Part shown: positions 10,022-18,050 of the stretch, piece after piece
Layout: each line of letters opens with the position of its first letter
Numbering within the stretch: the first letter of the stretch is position 1
NCBI GenBank assembly: GCA_035388625.1
Contig: DAOOQH010000001.1
Location: forward strand, 463 to 64,462
Source of the DNA: Chitinophagaceae bacterium
Lineage (GTDB): Bacteria; Bacteroidota; Bacteroidia; Chitinophagales; Chitinophagaceae
Length of the DNA: 64,000 bases
Direction: 5' to 3'
The notes under the pieces: model-generated
The model's database searches: none
What the model was told of the DNA's origin: nothing
What the model saw: the letters and a program-made list of their open reading frames with translations, nothing else
Translations under genes and position numbers: made by a program

Positions 10022-10139
10022 TGATTTGCAATATAGACCAATCTTTTTTATGTAATAATAATTACAATTGCAAATCATAAAGTGGTAAATGCCGATTGAC
10101 AATATATCAAGAACAATTGAGTTTGTGAAAATTGGTCTA
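10022..10139. repeat. interleaved inverted repeats flanking a perfect palindrome (function unknown)
   Basis: tgatttgcaat (10022..10032) pairs with attgcaaatca (10067..10077), 11 bp. tagaccaat (10034..10042) pairs with attggtcta (10131..10139), 9 bp. The arms are interleaved. Confidence 0.75.
10051..10066. promoter_or_regulatory. perfect palindrome TGTAAT-N4-ATTACA upstream of uvrA (candidate operator)
   Basis: tgtaataataattaca is a perfect 6-4-6 palindrome about 125 nt upstream of the uvrA ATG. uvrA is LexA/SOS-regulated in many bacteria, but I cannot confirm the motif for this lineage. Confidence 0.25.
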
Positions 10140-10196
10140 CTATATATTTCATTTCGGTAATACGTATTTGATTTAAAAACTAGTTGTTGTTTTAAT

Positions 10197-10245
10197 AACC
10201 TGCTCTACCAAGCGAAGGACATTTCGTAGAGCAGGTTCTTCGCTT
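10197..10245. repeat. two interleaved, probably mutually exclusive helices
   Basis: 12-bp helix aacctgctctac/gtagagcaggtt (10197..10208 with 10226..10237). 8-bp helix aagcgaag/cttcgctt (10210..10217 with 10238..10245). One arm of the second helix lies in the loop of the first. Confidence 0.7.
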
Positions 10246-10320
10246 ATCGTGAGTTGCACTTTCAATTATTGCTATCCTTTCAAATTTCACATATTGAATA
10301 TTTAGCTTTTATTGTGTTTC

Positions 10321-10446
10321 AAAAAAGATAAGTGCTGTCCGTGAATGTCTGAACCACAGATAAAACAGATTTATATGATATCGCGGATATTATATGACTT
10401 CTCAAGAAAGTGACTGTTTCCAATCCTCACAGCATACATCTTATCC
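10321..10446 (-). terminator. large stem-closed element ending in U6 (complex terminator or 3'-derived sRNA of the M1 peptidase gene)
   Basis: Minus strand: gataag+tgctgt (10445..10440, 10434..10429) pair with acagca+cttatc (10338..10327) across about 90 nt of internal hairpins. They are followed directly by TTTTTT (complement of 10321..10326). The element starts about 33 nt after the stop at 10479..10481. Confidence 0.45.
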
Positions 10447-10478
10447 AGAGGGCATTAACATTATGATCATTTCACTAA

Positions 10479-12428
10479 TTAGTTTTTTATTATTTTTTTT
10501 GTCATAACAACTTTATCTTTTACAGTAACACTTAGTAAATAATTGTTTGATGCTAAATTTTTAATTGAAACTACATTTTTGTTCTTACTCAATTCCTGAT
10601 CTAGAATTACTCTTCCATCCATAGCGTAAATGAAAAGCTTTGAATCCTCATCCATAATATTATCAACATGAATTATTGTATTGGCAGGATTAGGATAGAT
10701 TGAGATATCTACTTTAGAGCTTTCAATTGGTAAATCTGCAACCAAACCTGGATCCTTTACTTTCATATTGACTGTACGAAGAAGCCAGTTATTAGGATCA
10801 ACAAATACATTTGTAATTATTCTATTCGAAGGAATTGTTACATGTTGGTCATTCATATAATTATAAAAAAGAATTGTTGTGTCTCCTCCGCTATAATAAA
10901 ATTTAATTTCAATAGGAGTTTTAAAAAAAGACACAGAACTTGGCATCGATGTAGTTTGTGATAGTTTAAAAATTATATGATTTCCAGTTGAATTATATCG
11001 TATCGAATACTTAGGATAACCTTCTCCATAGATCCATTGATTAAAAAAATCAGTTAAATCCTGACCAGAGGTATTAGTTGCTATTTGTTTAAAATCCTCT
11101 ATGCTTGCGTTACTTTCTGCAAACTGGGTCTGGTAATTTTTAAGCACTTGAAAAAAAATACTATCTCCCAATAAAAATCTGAGCGTATGCATAATACAAG
11201 CTCCTTTCTGATACGAAAGTCTATTATCAAAGATCCTATTTACATCAGTTGTATCTGTAAAATAAATACTTCCTCCAGATTGAGATAGAACATAATTTTG
11301 GCGTGATATTAAATTTGCATTGTCGTTCATAAAAAGTAATTCACAATAAGTTGCCAATCCTTCACTTATAAAAATATCTTTCCATGTTTTGCATGATACG
11401 TTATTCCCGAACCACTGATGGGCGAGTTCATGAAATATCATTCCAGTATAAAAAAAACCTGTCCCGATTGAGCTCATGGTTTGGTTTTCCATTCCACCGT
11501 TTAATGTGGTTAGACAGTGACCATATTTCTCGTCATAAAAAGGATACATTCCAAAAAGACTTGAATAAGATTCAATCCATTTAGGAATACTATCCTTATA
11601 TTGATAATATGGATCGGAAGTGAATGAACCAGGGTAGTAAAATTCAATCCTAATGGAGTCGTTGATTAATCCTGCTGGATGCGCAAAATTCACAAATTTG
11701 CTATATTCTGCTACAGCAGCTGATATTAGATAATACTCAATAGGGTGATGCGATTTCCATGAATACTTTAATTTGTTTGAAGGTAATGTATCCACCATAA
11801 CTAGTTTGCCGTTAGAGCCAACTTTGTTACTATTATCTGTTGTTATTGCGACGCAGACACTATCTGCTTTATCTTGTAAAAACTGTTTACATGGGAACCA
11901 TTTGTATGAAGAATAAGGCTCGCTTGAAGTATATGTGATTCCATTTGGGAATTTAGGATGATATGGATAATAAATTAAACCCTTCGTTCCATAAATAGAA
12001 TCAGCAGCATTCCCGTGATAAAATACCTTTATATAAACATCAGTATTGGCAGGTATTGAAGTATTAAAAATAGCGTAAGTCATTGTTGAATTTCTTACAA
12101 ATGCAAGTGAAGTAGTATTATAAACAATACTATCTATATCTAAAGTCGGATTAAGCTCGAATGCAAATGTATCAGTAGAGGAAGAAACTATTTTTGCTCC
12201 TATTGTAGTATTACCTTCAATGTACATTGTATCTTTTTCTATATCAAGGTCAAGTGAATAAAAGAAAACATCATACTTTTCCATAAGTGCTTTGTCAGAA
12301 GAATTAAATCTAGTCTTCTTAAAATTCTCTTTTAAACTGTTAATTTTTGCCTCTGAACAATAATGGTGTTGTTGGCTAATTGCTATAATTGAGTGAAAGC
12401 AAAGAATCACAAATAAAATAAACTTCAT
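10479..12428 (-). CDS. M1-family zinc aminopeptidase with T9SS C-terminal sorting domain
   Basis: Signal peptide, GGMENQT exopeptidase motif, HELAHQWFGN zinc site with a downstream E (ISEGLATY), and a C-terminal Por-type tail (ISIYPNPANTIIHV ... NYLLSV). Confidence 0.9.
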   Translation of the reverse strand: MKFILFVILCFHSIIAISQQHHYCSEAKINSLKENFKKTRFNSSDKALMEKYDVFFYSLDLDIEKDTMYIEGNTTIGAKIVSSSTDTFAFELNPTLDIDSIVYNTTSLAFVRNSTMTYAIFNTSIPANTDVYIKVFYHGNAADSIYGTKGLIYYPYHPKFPNGITYTSSEPYSSYKWFPCKQFLQDKADSVCVAITTDNSNKVGSNGKLVMVDTLPSNKLKYSWKSHHPIEYYLISAAVAEYSKFVNFAHPAGLINDSIRIEFYYPGSFTSDPYYQYKDSIPKWIESYSSLFGMYPFYDEKYGHCLTTLNGGMENQTMSSIGTGFFYTGMIFHELAHQWFGNNVSCKTWKDIFISEGLATYCELLFMNDNANLISRQNYVLSQSGGSIYFTDTTDVNRIFDNRLSYQKGACIMHTLRFLLGDSIFFQVLKNYQTQFAESNASIEDFKQIATNTSGQDLTDFFNQWIYGEGYPKYSIRYNSTGNHIIFKLSQTTSMPSSVSFFKTPIEIKFYYSGGDTTILFYNYMNDQHVTIPSNRIITNVFVDPNNWLLRTVNMKVKDPGLVADLPIESSKVDISIYPNPANTIIHVDNIMDEDSKLFIYAMDGRVILDQELSKNKNVVSIKNLASNNYLLSVTVKDKVVMTKKIIKN

Positions 12429-12484
12429 AAAAATGGTTTGAAATTAAAAAAAACTAAAATTGGTTCAATTACTACATAAAATAA

Positions 12485-15274
12485 TTAGATTATCTTATAC
12501 TTCCCTTTACTCTTCCTTATTCGCACTGCACAAACTTTATATTCTGGACATAAAGCATCGGCATCAGTTACTGAACTGGTTAAAATATTCATACTCACTT
12601 CAGGATAATGGAATGTTGAAGAGAGAATTCCTGGCTTAACTTCATTGGTAATCCGTGCTTTTACATCTATTTTTCCTCTTGCACTTTCAATACAAACCAT
12701 ATCACCTTCTTCAATAAAGTGAGTGGAAGCATCTAAAGGATTGATCATTAATGTATCAACGGTGAGAATATCTGCATTGCCTGTTCGTCGCGTCATGGTG
12801 CCACAATTATAGTGTTCAAGCTCGCGATTGGTTGTTAAAATATAAGGGAACTCTTTTTTATTATCAGTGAGTTCAGTTGTTTCTTTCCAACTTGCTTTTT
12901 GAAATTTCCCTTTTCCTAGTTTAAATGATTCTGTATGAAGAATTTCAGTATCGGATCCGTCAGCCAATACTGGCCATTGCTTTCCATTTTCTCCTAATTC
13001 ACTCCATTTAACGCCTTCAAAAAATGGCACAATTTGAGAAATCTCTTCAAGCAATTGTTCAGCATCATAATCAGGTTGATTGGCACCCATCTTTTGCATG
13101 ATTTCAGCAATAATTTGTCCATCAGGTTTTGTCCCTTCAATTGGTTTTACAACTTGTTGCACTTTCTGAATTCGTCGTTCACCATTTGTAAATGTGCCAC
13201 TCTTTTCTAAAAATGAAGATGCAGGTAATATCACATGAGCCAACTTAGCAGTTTCCGTCATAAATAATTCTTGCACTACTAATAAATCTAATTCAGCCAT
13301 TGCCTTTTTTACATGGTTGGTATTCGGATCGGTTTGTACATTGTCCTCACCCATCAACCATAGGGCTTTTAGTTTACCACCAATTGCAGCATCATACATT
13401 TGAGGAATTTTTAGTCCGGCATAATTAGGCAATTTGACACCATAAAAAGTTTCATACTTTTGATGATAGTCAGGATTGGTTACATCAAAATAGCCAGCTC
13501 CTTGATGTGGTTGACATCCCATATCGGCTGCACCTTGTACGTTGTTTTGTCCACGTAACGGGTTTACACCGACTCCTCTTCGGCCAATATTACCAGTTAT
13601 CATGGCTAAGTCGGCTATCAGCATAACCGTATACGTACCTTGTGAGTGCTCGGTTACACCCAAACCATGAAAACTCATAGCATTCGGAGCTGAGGCATAC
13701 GCTATGGCAGCTTTTCGAACCAACTCTTTATCTACACCTGTTACCTCTTCTAAATCGTCCATGCTCATACTTAAAACATGTTGTTTAAAATCGGCATATC
13801 CTTCAGTTCGTGCTTCTATAAAATTTTTATCTTCAAGTCCTTCTTGCATAATATAATAAAGCATCATATTGAGCAAAGCAACATTGGTTCCGGGTTTTAA
13901 TTGTAAATGATAAGTGGCATAATTAGCTAATTCAGTTCGACGAGGATCAATCACAATACAAATTCCCTTCATTGCAAACTGTTTCATTTTTGCACCTGTA
14001 ACAGGATGACCTTCCGTTGGGTTCGCACCAATAACCATAATGGCATTGGTATATTTTAAATCTACCACAGAATTTGTGGCAGCACCTGTACCAAAAGTTC
14101 GTTGCATGCCCAAGGCTGTAGGTGAATGGCATACACGTGCGCAGCTATCAATATTATTCGTTCCAATGACAGTTCGAATAAATTTTTGCATGATATAATT
14201 TTCTTCATTCGTGCAACGAGCTGAAGAAATACCACCAATTGAATCCGGACCATACTTGCTTTTTATATCTGTTAATTTTTCAGCAATAAATGTCATTGCT
14301 TCATCCCAAGTGGCTTCAACAAATTGTCCATCTTTTTTAATTAATGGTGTGCGTAATCGATCTGTATGGTTATAAAATGAAAAAGCATATCGCCCCTTCA
14401 AACATGTATGCCCTTCATTTACCTCGGCATCATAAGGCGCCTGAATACTTTTAATTACACCATTTACTGTTGATACTTCTAAATTACATCCAACACCACA
14501 ATAGGTGCAAATGGTTCTTGTTTTTTCTTTCGCCACAATACTCTTACTTTCAAATACATCGCTAATGGCACTAGTTGGACAAGCCTGTGCACAAGCGCCA
14601 CAACTCACACAATCACTTTCGAAAAATGTTTGATTTGAACTTTTAATAATATGACTATCAAAACCTCGACCAGCCATACTTAAAACAAACTGACCTTGCA
14701 CTTCATCACATGCCCTCACACATCTAAAGCAATTAATACATTTACTTAAATCAGATGTCATGTATGGATGACTTAAATCTTTTTTTCTATCTAAATGATT
14801 TTTACCTTCAGGATATCGAACATCGCGCACGCCAACGGTGGCAGCAACCTCCTGCAATTCGCAATTATTATTTACTTCACAGGTTAGGCAATCTAATGGA
14901 TGATCGGTTAATACAAGTTCGATGATATTTTTACGAAGTCGCTGAACACGTTCACTACTGGTATAAATATATGAATTCGCTATAACGGGTGTATGACAAG
15001 AAGCCTGTGTTTTAACTGGGCCGTTTTTTACCAAAGCGATATCAACACTGCAAACTCGGCAACTGCCAAATGGTTCTAAATTGGGCGCATCGCATAAGGT
15101 CGGAATTAATTTTTTATCCCTATGTCTGCGCACAAACGATAGAACTGTTTCACCTTCTTTTATTTCACAAGCTTCATTATCAATATAAGCAATTTTAATA
15201 TCAATTGGTTGAGATGATAACCCATTACCATTGATGGAATTCTGAATGGATGATGCTTGCGCGAACGAATTCAT
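12485..15274 (-). CDS. fdhA: formate dehydrogenase alpha subunit (fused 2Fe-2S/4Fe-4S N-terminus, molybdopterin domain, Cys-type)
   Basis: 929 aa. N-terminal 2Fe-2S cysteines (C..GSCRVC), two 4Fe-4S ferredoxin motifs (CINCFRCVRAC, CVSCGACAQACP), a CTYCGVGC cluster and molybdopterin oxidoreductase and dinucleotide-binding domains. The active-site segment CARVCHSP has Cys where selenoproteins have Sec. No in-frame stop. Confidence 0.85.
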   Translation of the reverse strand: MNSFAQASSIQNSINGNGLSSQPIDIKIAYIDNEACEIKEGETVLSFVRRHRDKKLIPTLCDAPNLEPFGSCRVCSVDIALVKNGPVKTQASCHTPVIANSYIYTSSERVQRLRKNIIELVLTDHPLDCLTCEVNNNCELQEVAATVGVRDVRYPEGKNHLDRKKDLSHPYMTSDLSKCINCFRCVRACDEVQGQFVLSMAGRGFDSHIIKSSNQTFFESDCVSCGACAQACPTSAISDVFESKSIVAKEKTRTICTYCGVGCNLEVSTVNGVIKSIQAPYDAEVNEGHTCLKGRYAFSFYNHTDRLRTPLIKKDGQFVEATWDEAMTFIAEKLTDIKSKYGPDSIGGISSARCTNEENYIMQKFIRTVIGTNNIDSCARVCHSPTALGMQRTFGTGAATNSVVDLKYTNAIMVIGANPTEGHPVTGAKMKQFAMKGICIVIDPRRTELANYATYHLQLKPGTNVALLNMMLYYIMQEGLEDKNFIEARTEGYADFKQHVLSMSMDDLEEVTGVDKELVRKAAIAYASAPNAMSFHGLGVTEHSQGTYTVMLIADLAMITGNIGRRGVGVNPLRGQNNVQGAADMGCQPHQGAGYFDVTNPDYHQKYETFYGVKLPNYAGLKIPQMYDAAIGGKLKALWLMGEDNVQTDPNTNHVKKAMAELDLLVVQELFMTETAKLAHVILPASSFLEKSGTFTNGERRIQKVQQVVKPIEGTKPDGQIIAEIMQKMGANQPDYDAEQLLEEISQIVPFFEGVKWSELGENGKQWPVLADGSDTEILHTESFKLGKGKFQKASWKETTELTDNKKEFPYILTTNRELEHYNCGTMTRRTGNADILTVDTLMINPLDASTHFIEEGDMVCIESARGKIDVKARITNEVKPGILSSTFHYPEVSMNILTSSVTDADALCPEYKVCAVRIRKSKGKYKII

Positions 15275-15295
15275 GTTTACTCAGTTTATTATTCT

Positions 15296-15303
15296 CAAAT
15301 ATA
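15296..15303 (-). promoter_or_regulatory. -7 box TATATTTG upstream of the formate dehydrogenase gene
   Basis: Perfect TAnnTTTG on the minus strand, 21 nt upstream of the ATG at 15274. Confidence 0.45.
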
Positions 15304-15363
15304 AGGAATCAAATTGAAAGGGAAAATCTTAGTGCTGTTTTATTAATGCTTTAAACGCACGCT

Positions 15364-16122
15364 TTATTTTTTAGATGAGAACGAATAAAACAAGCAAAGT
15401 GCGGGTAGAAAACTTAAAAAGGATGAAGATGATTTTACTTTGGTTGTTTCATCAATCTCGTCAACAACAACACCATTCTCTTTTGAAGTAGATTGAATCC
15501 TGCTATTGCCATAAATGAAAGTTTGCTGTAATCCAAGATTAAATTCAGCACCAACTGACAATTTTTTACATAAAGGATAGCGAATTGCCTGAGCTATGAA
15601 AATGCCAAATCCGAATGAATTTGGATCCTTAGTATTTGATTCAGTAGATCTAACAAGTACATTATCATCATCATATTGAGTGCTTTTATTGCGATAGCGA
15701 TTTTGATTGCTATATGACAATGGTATATAAAGCATACTTGAAAAAACAAATTGATTCCATTGATTTCGCTTGCCAATACCTAATCGCAGTGAATGTATAC
15801 TTCCATTTGATTTAGTTTCATAATACTTTAAATTAGAATTCACTTCATCTTTGTATTGATAACTCGTTTTCCATGATATAGGTGAATAACCATACTGCAC
15901 ACTTAATTCAATTTGGTTCGATTGTATATGAATAAATGAAATGGCTGGTGATAGTCGCAGGTAATTGCTTTTTTGATAATTAATTAAGGAGCTATTAAAA
16001 CCATTTTCGTTTTGTTGTTGCGTTCCGAGCTGAAATAGAGAAAACCCAATTTCATTTGATTGCGCTTTCAAAATGGTATTCAAAAATAGCATGCTGAAAA
16101 GCAAGATATAAGTTGTTTTCAT
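15364..16122 (-). CDS. hypothetical outer-membrane beta-barrel protein
   Basis: Signal peptide MKTTYILLFSMLFLNTILKAQ begins at the second ATG (16120..16122). Alternating beta-strand pattern and aromatic-rich C-terminus. Family not recognised. Confidence 0.5.
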   Translation of the reverse strand: MKTTYILLFSMLFLNTILKAQSNEIGFSLFQLGTQQQNENGFNSSLINYQKSNYLRLSPAISFIHIQSNQIELSVQYGYSPISWKTSYQYKDEVNSNLKYYETKSNGSIHSLRLGIGKRNQWNQFVFSSMLYIPLSYSNQNRYRNKSTQYDDDNVLVRSTESNTKDPNSFGFGIFIAQAIRYPLCKKLSVGAEFNLGLQQTFIYGNSRIQSTSKENGVVVDEIDETTKVKSSSSFLSFLPALCLFYSFSSKK

Positions 16123-16199
16123 GTTAGATAGTTTTAAGTCAATTTTTTTCAATAAGTAAAGTACAAATTTTATTCTCATAAAATGTTAATGTCGCAAAT

Positions 16200-16207
16200 T
16201 ATCTTTG
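16200..16207 (+). promoter_or_regulatory. -7 box TATCTTTG upstream of pyrF
   Basis: Perfect TAnnTTTG, 62 nt upstream of the pyrF ATG (16270). Confidence 0.45.
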
Positions 16208-16269
16208 CATCGAATTATTCTAAGAAGCTTGAATGAATCAAGGAATAACGATAATTACATTAAATTATT

Positions 16270-17070
16270 ATGAATAGAAACGAACTCGTTCAACAAATAC
16301 GAACAAAGAAATCTTATCTCTGTATTGGTTTAGATACCGACCTCTCCAAAATACCTGCATATCTTCTTGAACATGACGATCCTATGTTTGAATTCAATAA
16401 GCTAATTATTGATGCTACCCACGATTTATGTGTAAGCTATAAACTGAATACCGCATTTTATGAAGCCCATGGTGTGAAAGGATGGCAGAGTTTGGAGAAA
16501 ACACTTCATTATATTCCTGAAAATATTTTTACGATTGCAGACGCAAAACGTGGTGATATTGGTAATACAAGCACGCAATATGCGAAAGCTTTTTTTGAGA
16601 CCTTGCCTTTTAATAGCATCACCGTAGCACCTTATATGGGAAAAGATAGCGTAAAGCCTTTTCTAGAATTTGAAAATAAATGGACTATTGTACTCGGACT
16701 AACGTCGAACGAAGGAGCTTTCGACTTTCAGACTTTAAATGTGGGTAGCGAAAAATTGTTTGAAACAGTTTTGCATAAGGTGAGTGAATGGGGTAACGAA
16801 AATAATTTGATGTTTGTGGTGGGTGCCACCAAAGCAGAGCAATTGAGTCAGATCAGAAAAATTATACCTCATCATTTTTTACTCATTCCGGGTGTAGGTA
16901 CCCAAGGTGGTAGTTTAGAAGAAGTGAGTAAGCATGGTATGAATGATGATATTGGTATATTAGTAAATGTGTCTCGTCAAGTGATTTATGCAGGTAAAGA
17001 TGGAAATTTTGCTGAAATGGCGAGGCAAGAAGCACTTAAACTGCAAAACGAAATGGCGAATTATCTATAA
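16270..17070 (+). CDS. pyrF: orotidine-5'-phosphate decarboxylase (type 2)
   Basis: 266 aa with LCIGLDTD, the catalytic DAKRGDIGNT motif and PGVGTQGG near the C-terminus. Confidence 0.93.
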   Translation: MNRNELVQQIRTKKSYLCIGLDTDLSKIPAYLLEHDDPMFEFNKLIIDATHDLCVSYKLNTAFYEAHGVKGWQSLEKTLHYIPENIFTIADAKRGDIGNTSTQYAKAFFETLPFNSITVAPYMGKDSVKPFLEFENKWTIVLGLTSNEGAFDFQTLNVGSEKLFETVLHKVSEWGNENNLMFVVGATKAEQLSQIRKIIPHHFLLIPGVGTQGGSLEEVSKHGMNDDIGILVNVSRQVIYAGKDGNFAEMARQEALKLQNEMANYL

Positions 17071-17200
17071 TCAAAATAAAATAATGAGACTTATTTTTAT
17101 TTTAAAATATCACTTACTCATGAATGAAATATGAAAAGATGGCGTATTTTTCATATTCAAATAGTAATAATAGGCGTATTTTTTACAATCGATACTTTAT

Positions 17201-17890
17201 ATGCACCAATATATATTAGATGAACTAAAGTCAGTTTCTGACTCATCACGACTAGAAGGCATGAAACGGTTTGCCATTGCCACTGAAAATGCACTCGGCG
17301 TATCCTTACCCAATATTCGATCTATTGCAAAATCAATTAATAAAAATACGCCTATCGATCAACGTCATCAGCTGGCTCAAGCTGTTTGGGATACTAAAAT
17401 TCATGAGGCACGTATTTTAGCGTCCATGATTGATAATCCAAAAGAAGTTACAAAAAAACAAATGGATGCATGGACGAAAGAATTTGTAAGCTGGGATTTA
17501 TGTGATCAGGTTTGTGGCAATTTATTTCAGAAGACAGATTTTTTTCTTGAGAAGGCTTTTGAATACTCTTATTCAAAACATGAATTTGTAAAAAGAACTG
17601 GATTTGTACTCATGGTGCAATATGCTGTGCATCATAAAAAAGAAAGTGATCAAAAATGTATAGAATTCTTAACTCGAATTGAAGAAGAAGCTTGGGATGA
17701 ACGAAATTTTGTTCGAAAAGCGACCAATTGGTGTCTGCGACAAATAGGCAAACGAAACAAATATTTGCATCCAATAGCAATTGCTTGCGCTGAGAGAATT
17801 CAGAAGCAAAATTCAAGAGCTGCAAAATGGATTGCTGCAGATGCTTTAAGAGAATTGCATAGCGATGGTGTTTTGAAACGTTTGAAATAA
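17201..17890 (+). CDS. DNA alkylation repair protein (AlkC/AlkD-like HEAT-repeat family)
   Basis: 229 aa. The helical repeat pattern with W..E..E.R and W..SWDLCD.. and the C-terminal WI..DALREL are typical of the DNA alkylation repair enzyme family. Confidence 0.75.
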   Translation: MHQYILDELKSVSDSSRLEGMKRFAIATENALGVSLPNIRSIAKSINKNTPIDQRHQLAQAVWDTKIHEARILASMIDNPKEVTKKQMDAWTKEFVSWDLCDQVCGNLFQKTDFFLEKAFEYSYSKHEFVKRTGFVLMVQYAVHHKKESDQKCIEFLTRIEEEAWDERNFVRKATNWCLRQIGKRNKYLHPIAIACAERIQKQNSRAAKWIAADALRELHSDGVLKRLK

Positions 17891-18050
17891 ATAAACTTAA
17901 ATTATATTCTTCTTTCATTTTTTTAGTACTTTTAATTCCAAGATTAAAAAACCAAATCTTTAAACCGAGAATAATACTCGTTAGACCTTTCGATACCCCA
18001 CTAGATCTGCACTAATGCATTTACCCTTTCGGTATTTTAAAATCTAGTTT

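Noticed and set aside
10022-10139. The inverted repeats as boundaries of an invertible promoter (phase-variation switch)
   Set aside because: The enclosed segments (about 34 and 88 bp) are shorter than typical Bacteroidota invertons. No site-specific recombinase gene is in the window, and I found no outward-facing perfect -7 box inside.
10326-10446. The structured element as a known housekeeping RNA (SRP/4.5S, 6S, tmRNA, RNase P)
   Set aside because: I could not find the SRP domain IV GGAA/AGCA loops, a tRNA-like acceptor/T-arm ending in CCA, or RNase P conserved regions on either strand. Only a generic closed stem is present.
17073-17103. 12-bp all-A/U hairpin after pyrF as an intrinsic terminator
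   Set aside because: The stem is entirely A-U with a bulge and the T-run is part of the stem. It is too weak to call, and low-complexity AT sequence forms such pairings by chance.
17610-17918. 102-aa minus-strand ORF inside the DNA alkylation repair gene
   Set aside because: It is antisense to a conserved CDS and has no motif. The same judgement applies to 3985..4167, 11384..11584, 13947..14253, 15594..15776, 18610..19071, 19449..20265, 21776..22033 and 22424..23095.
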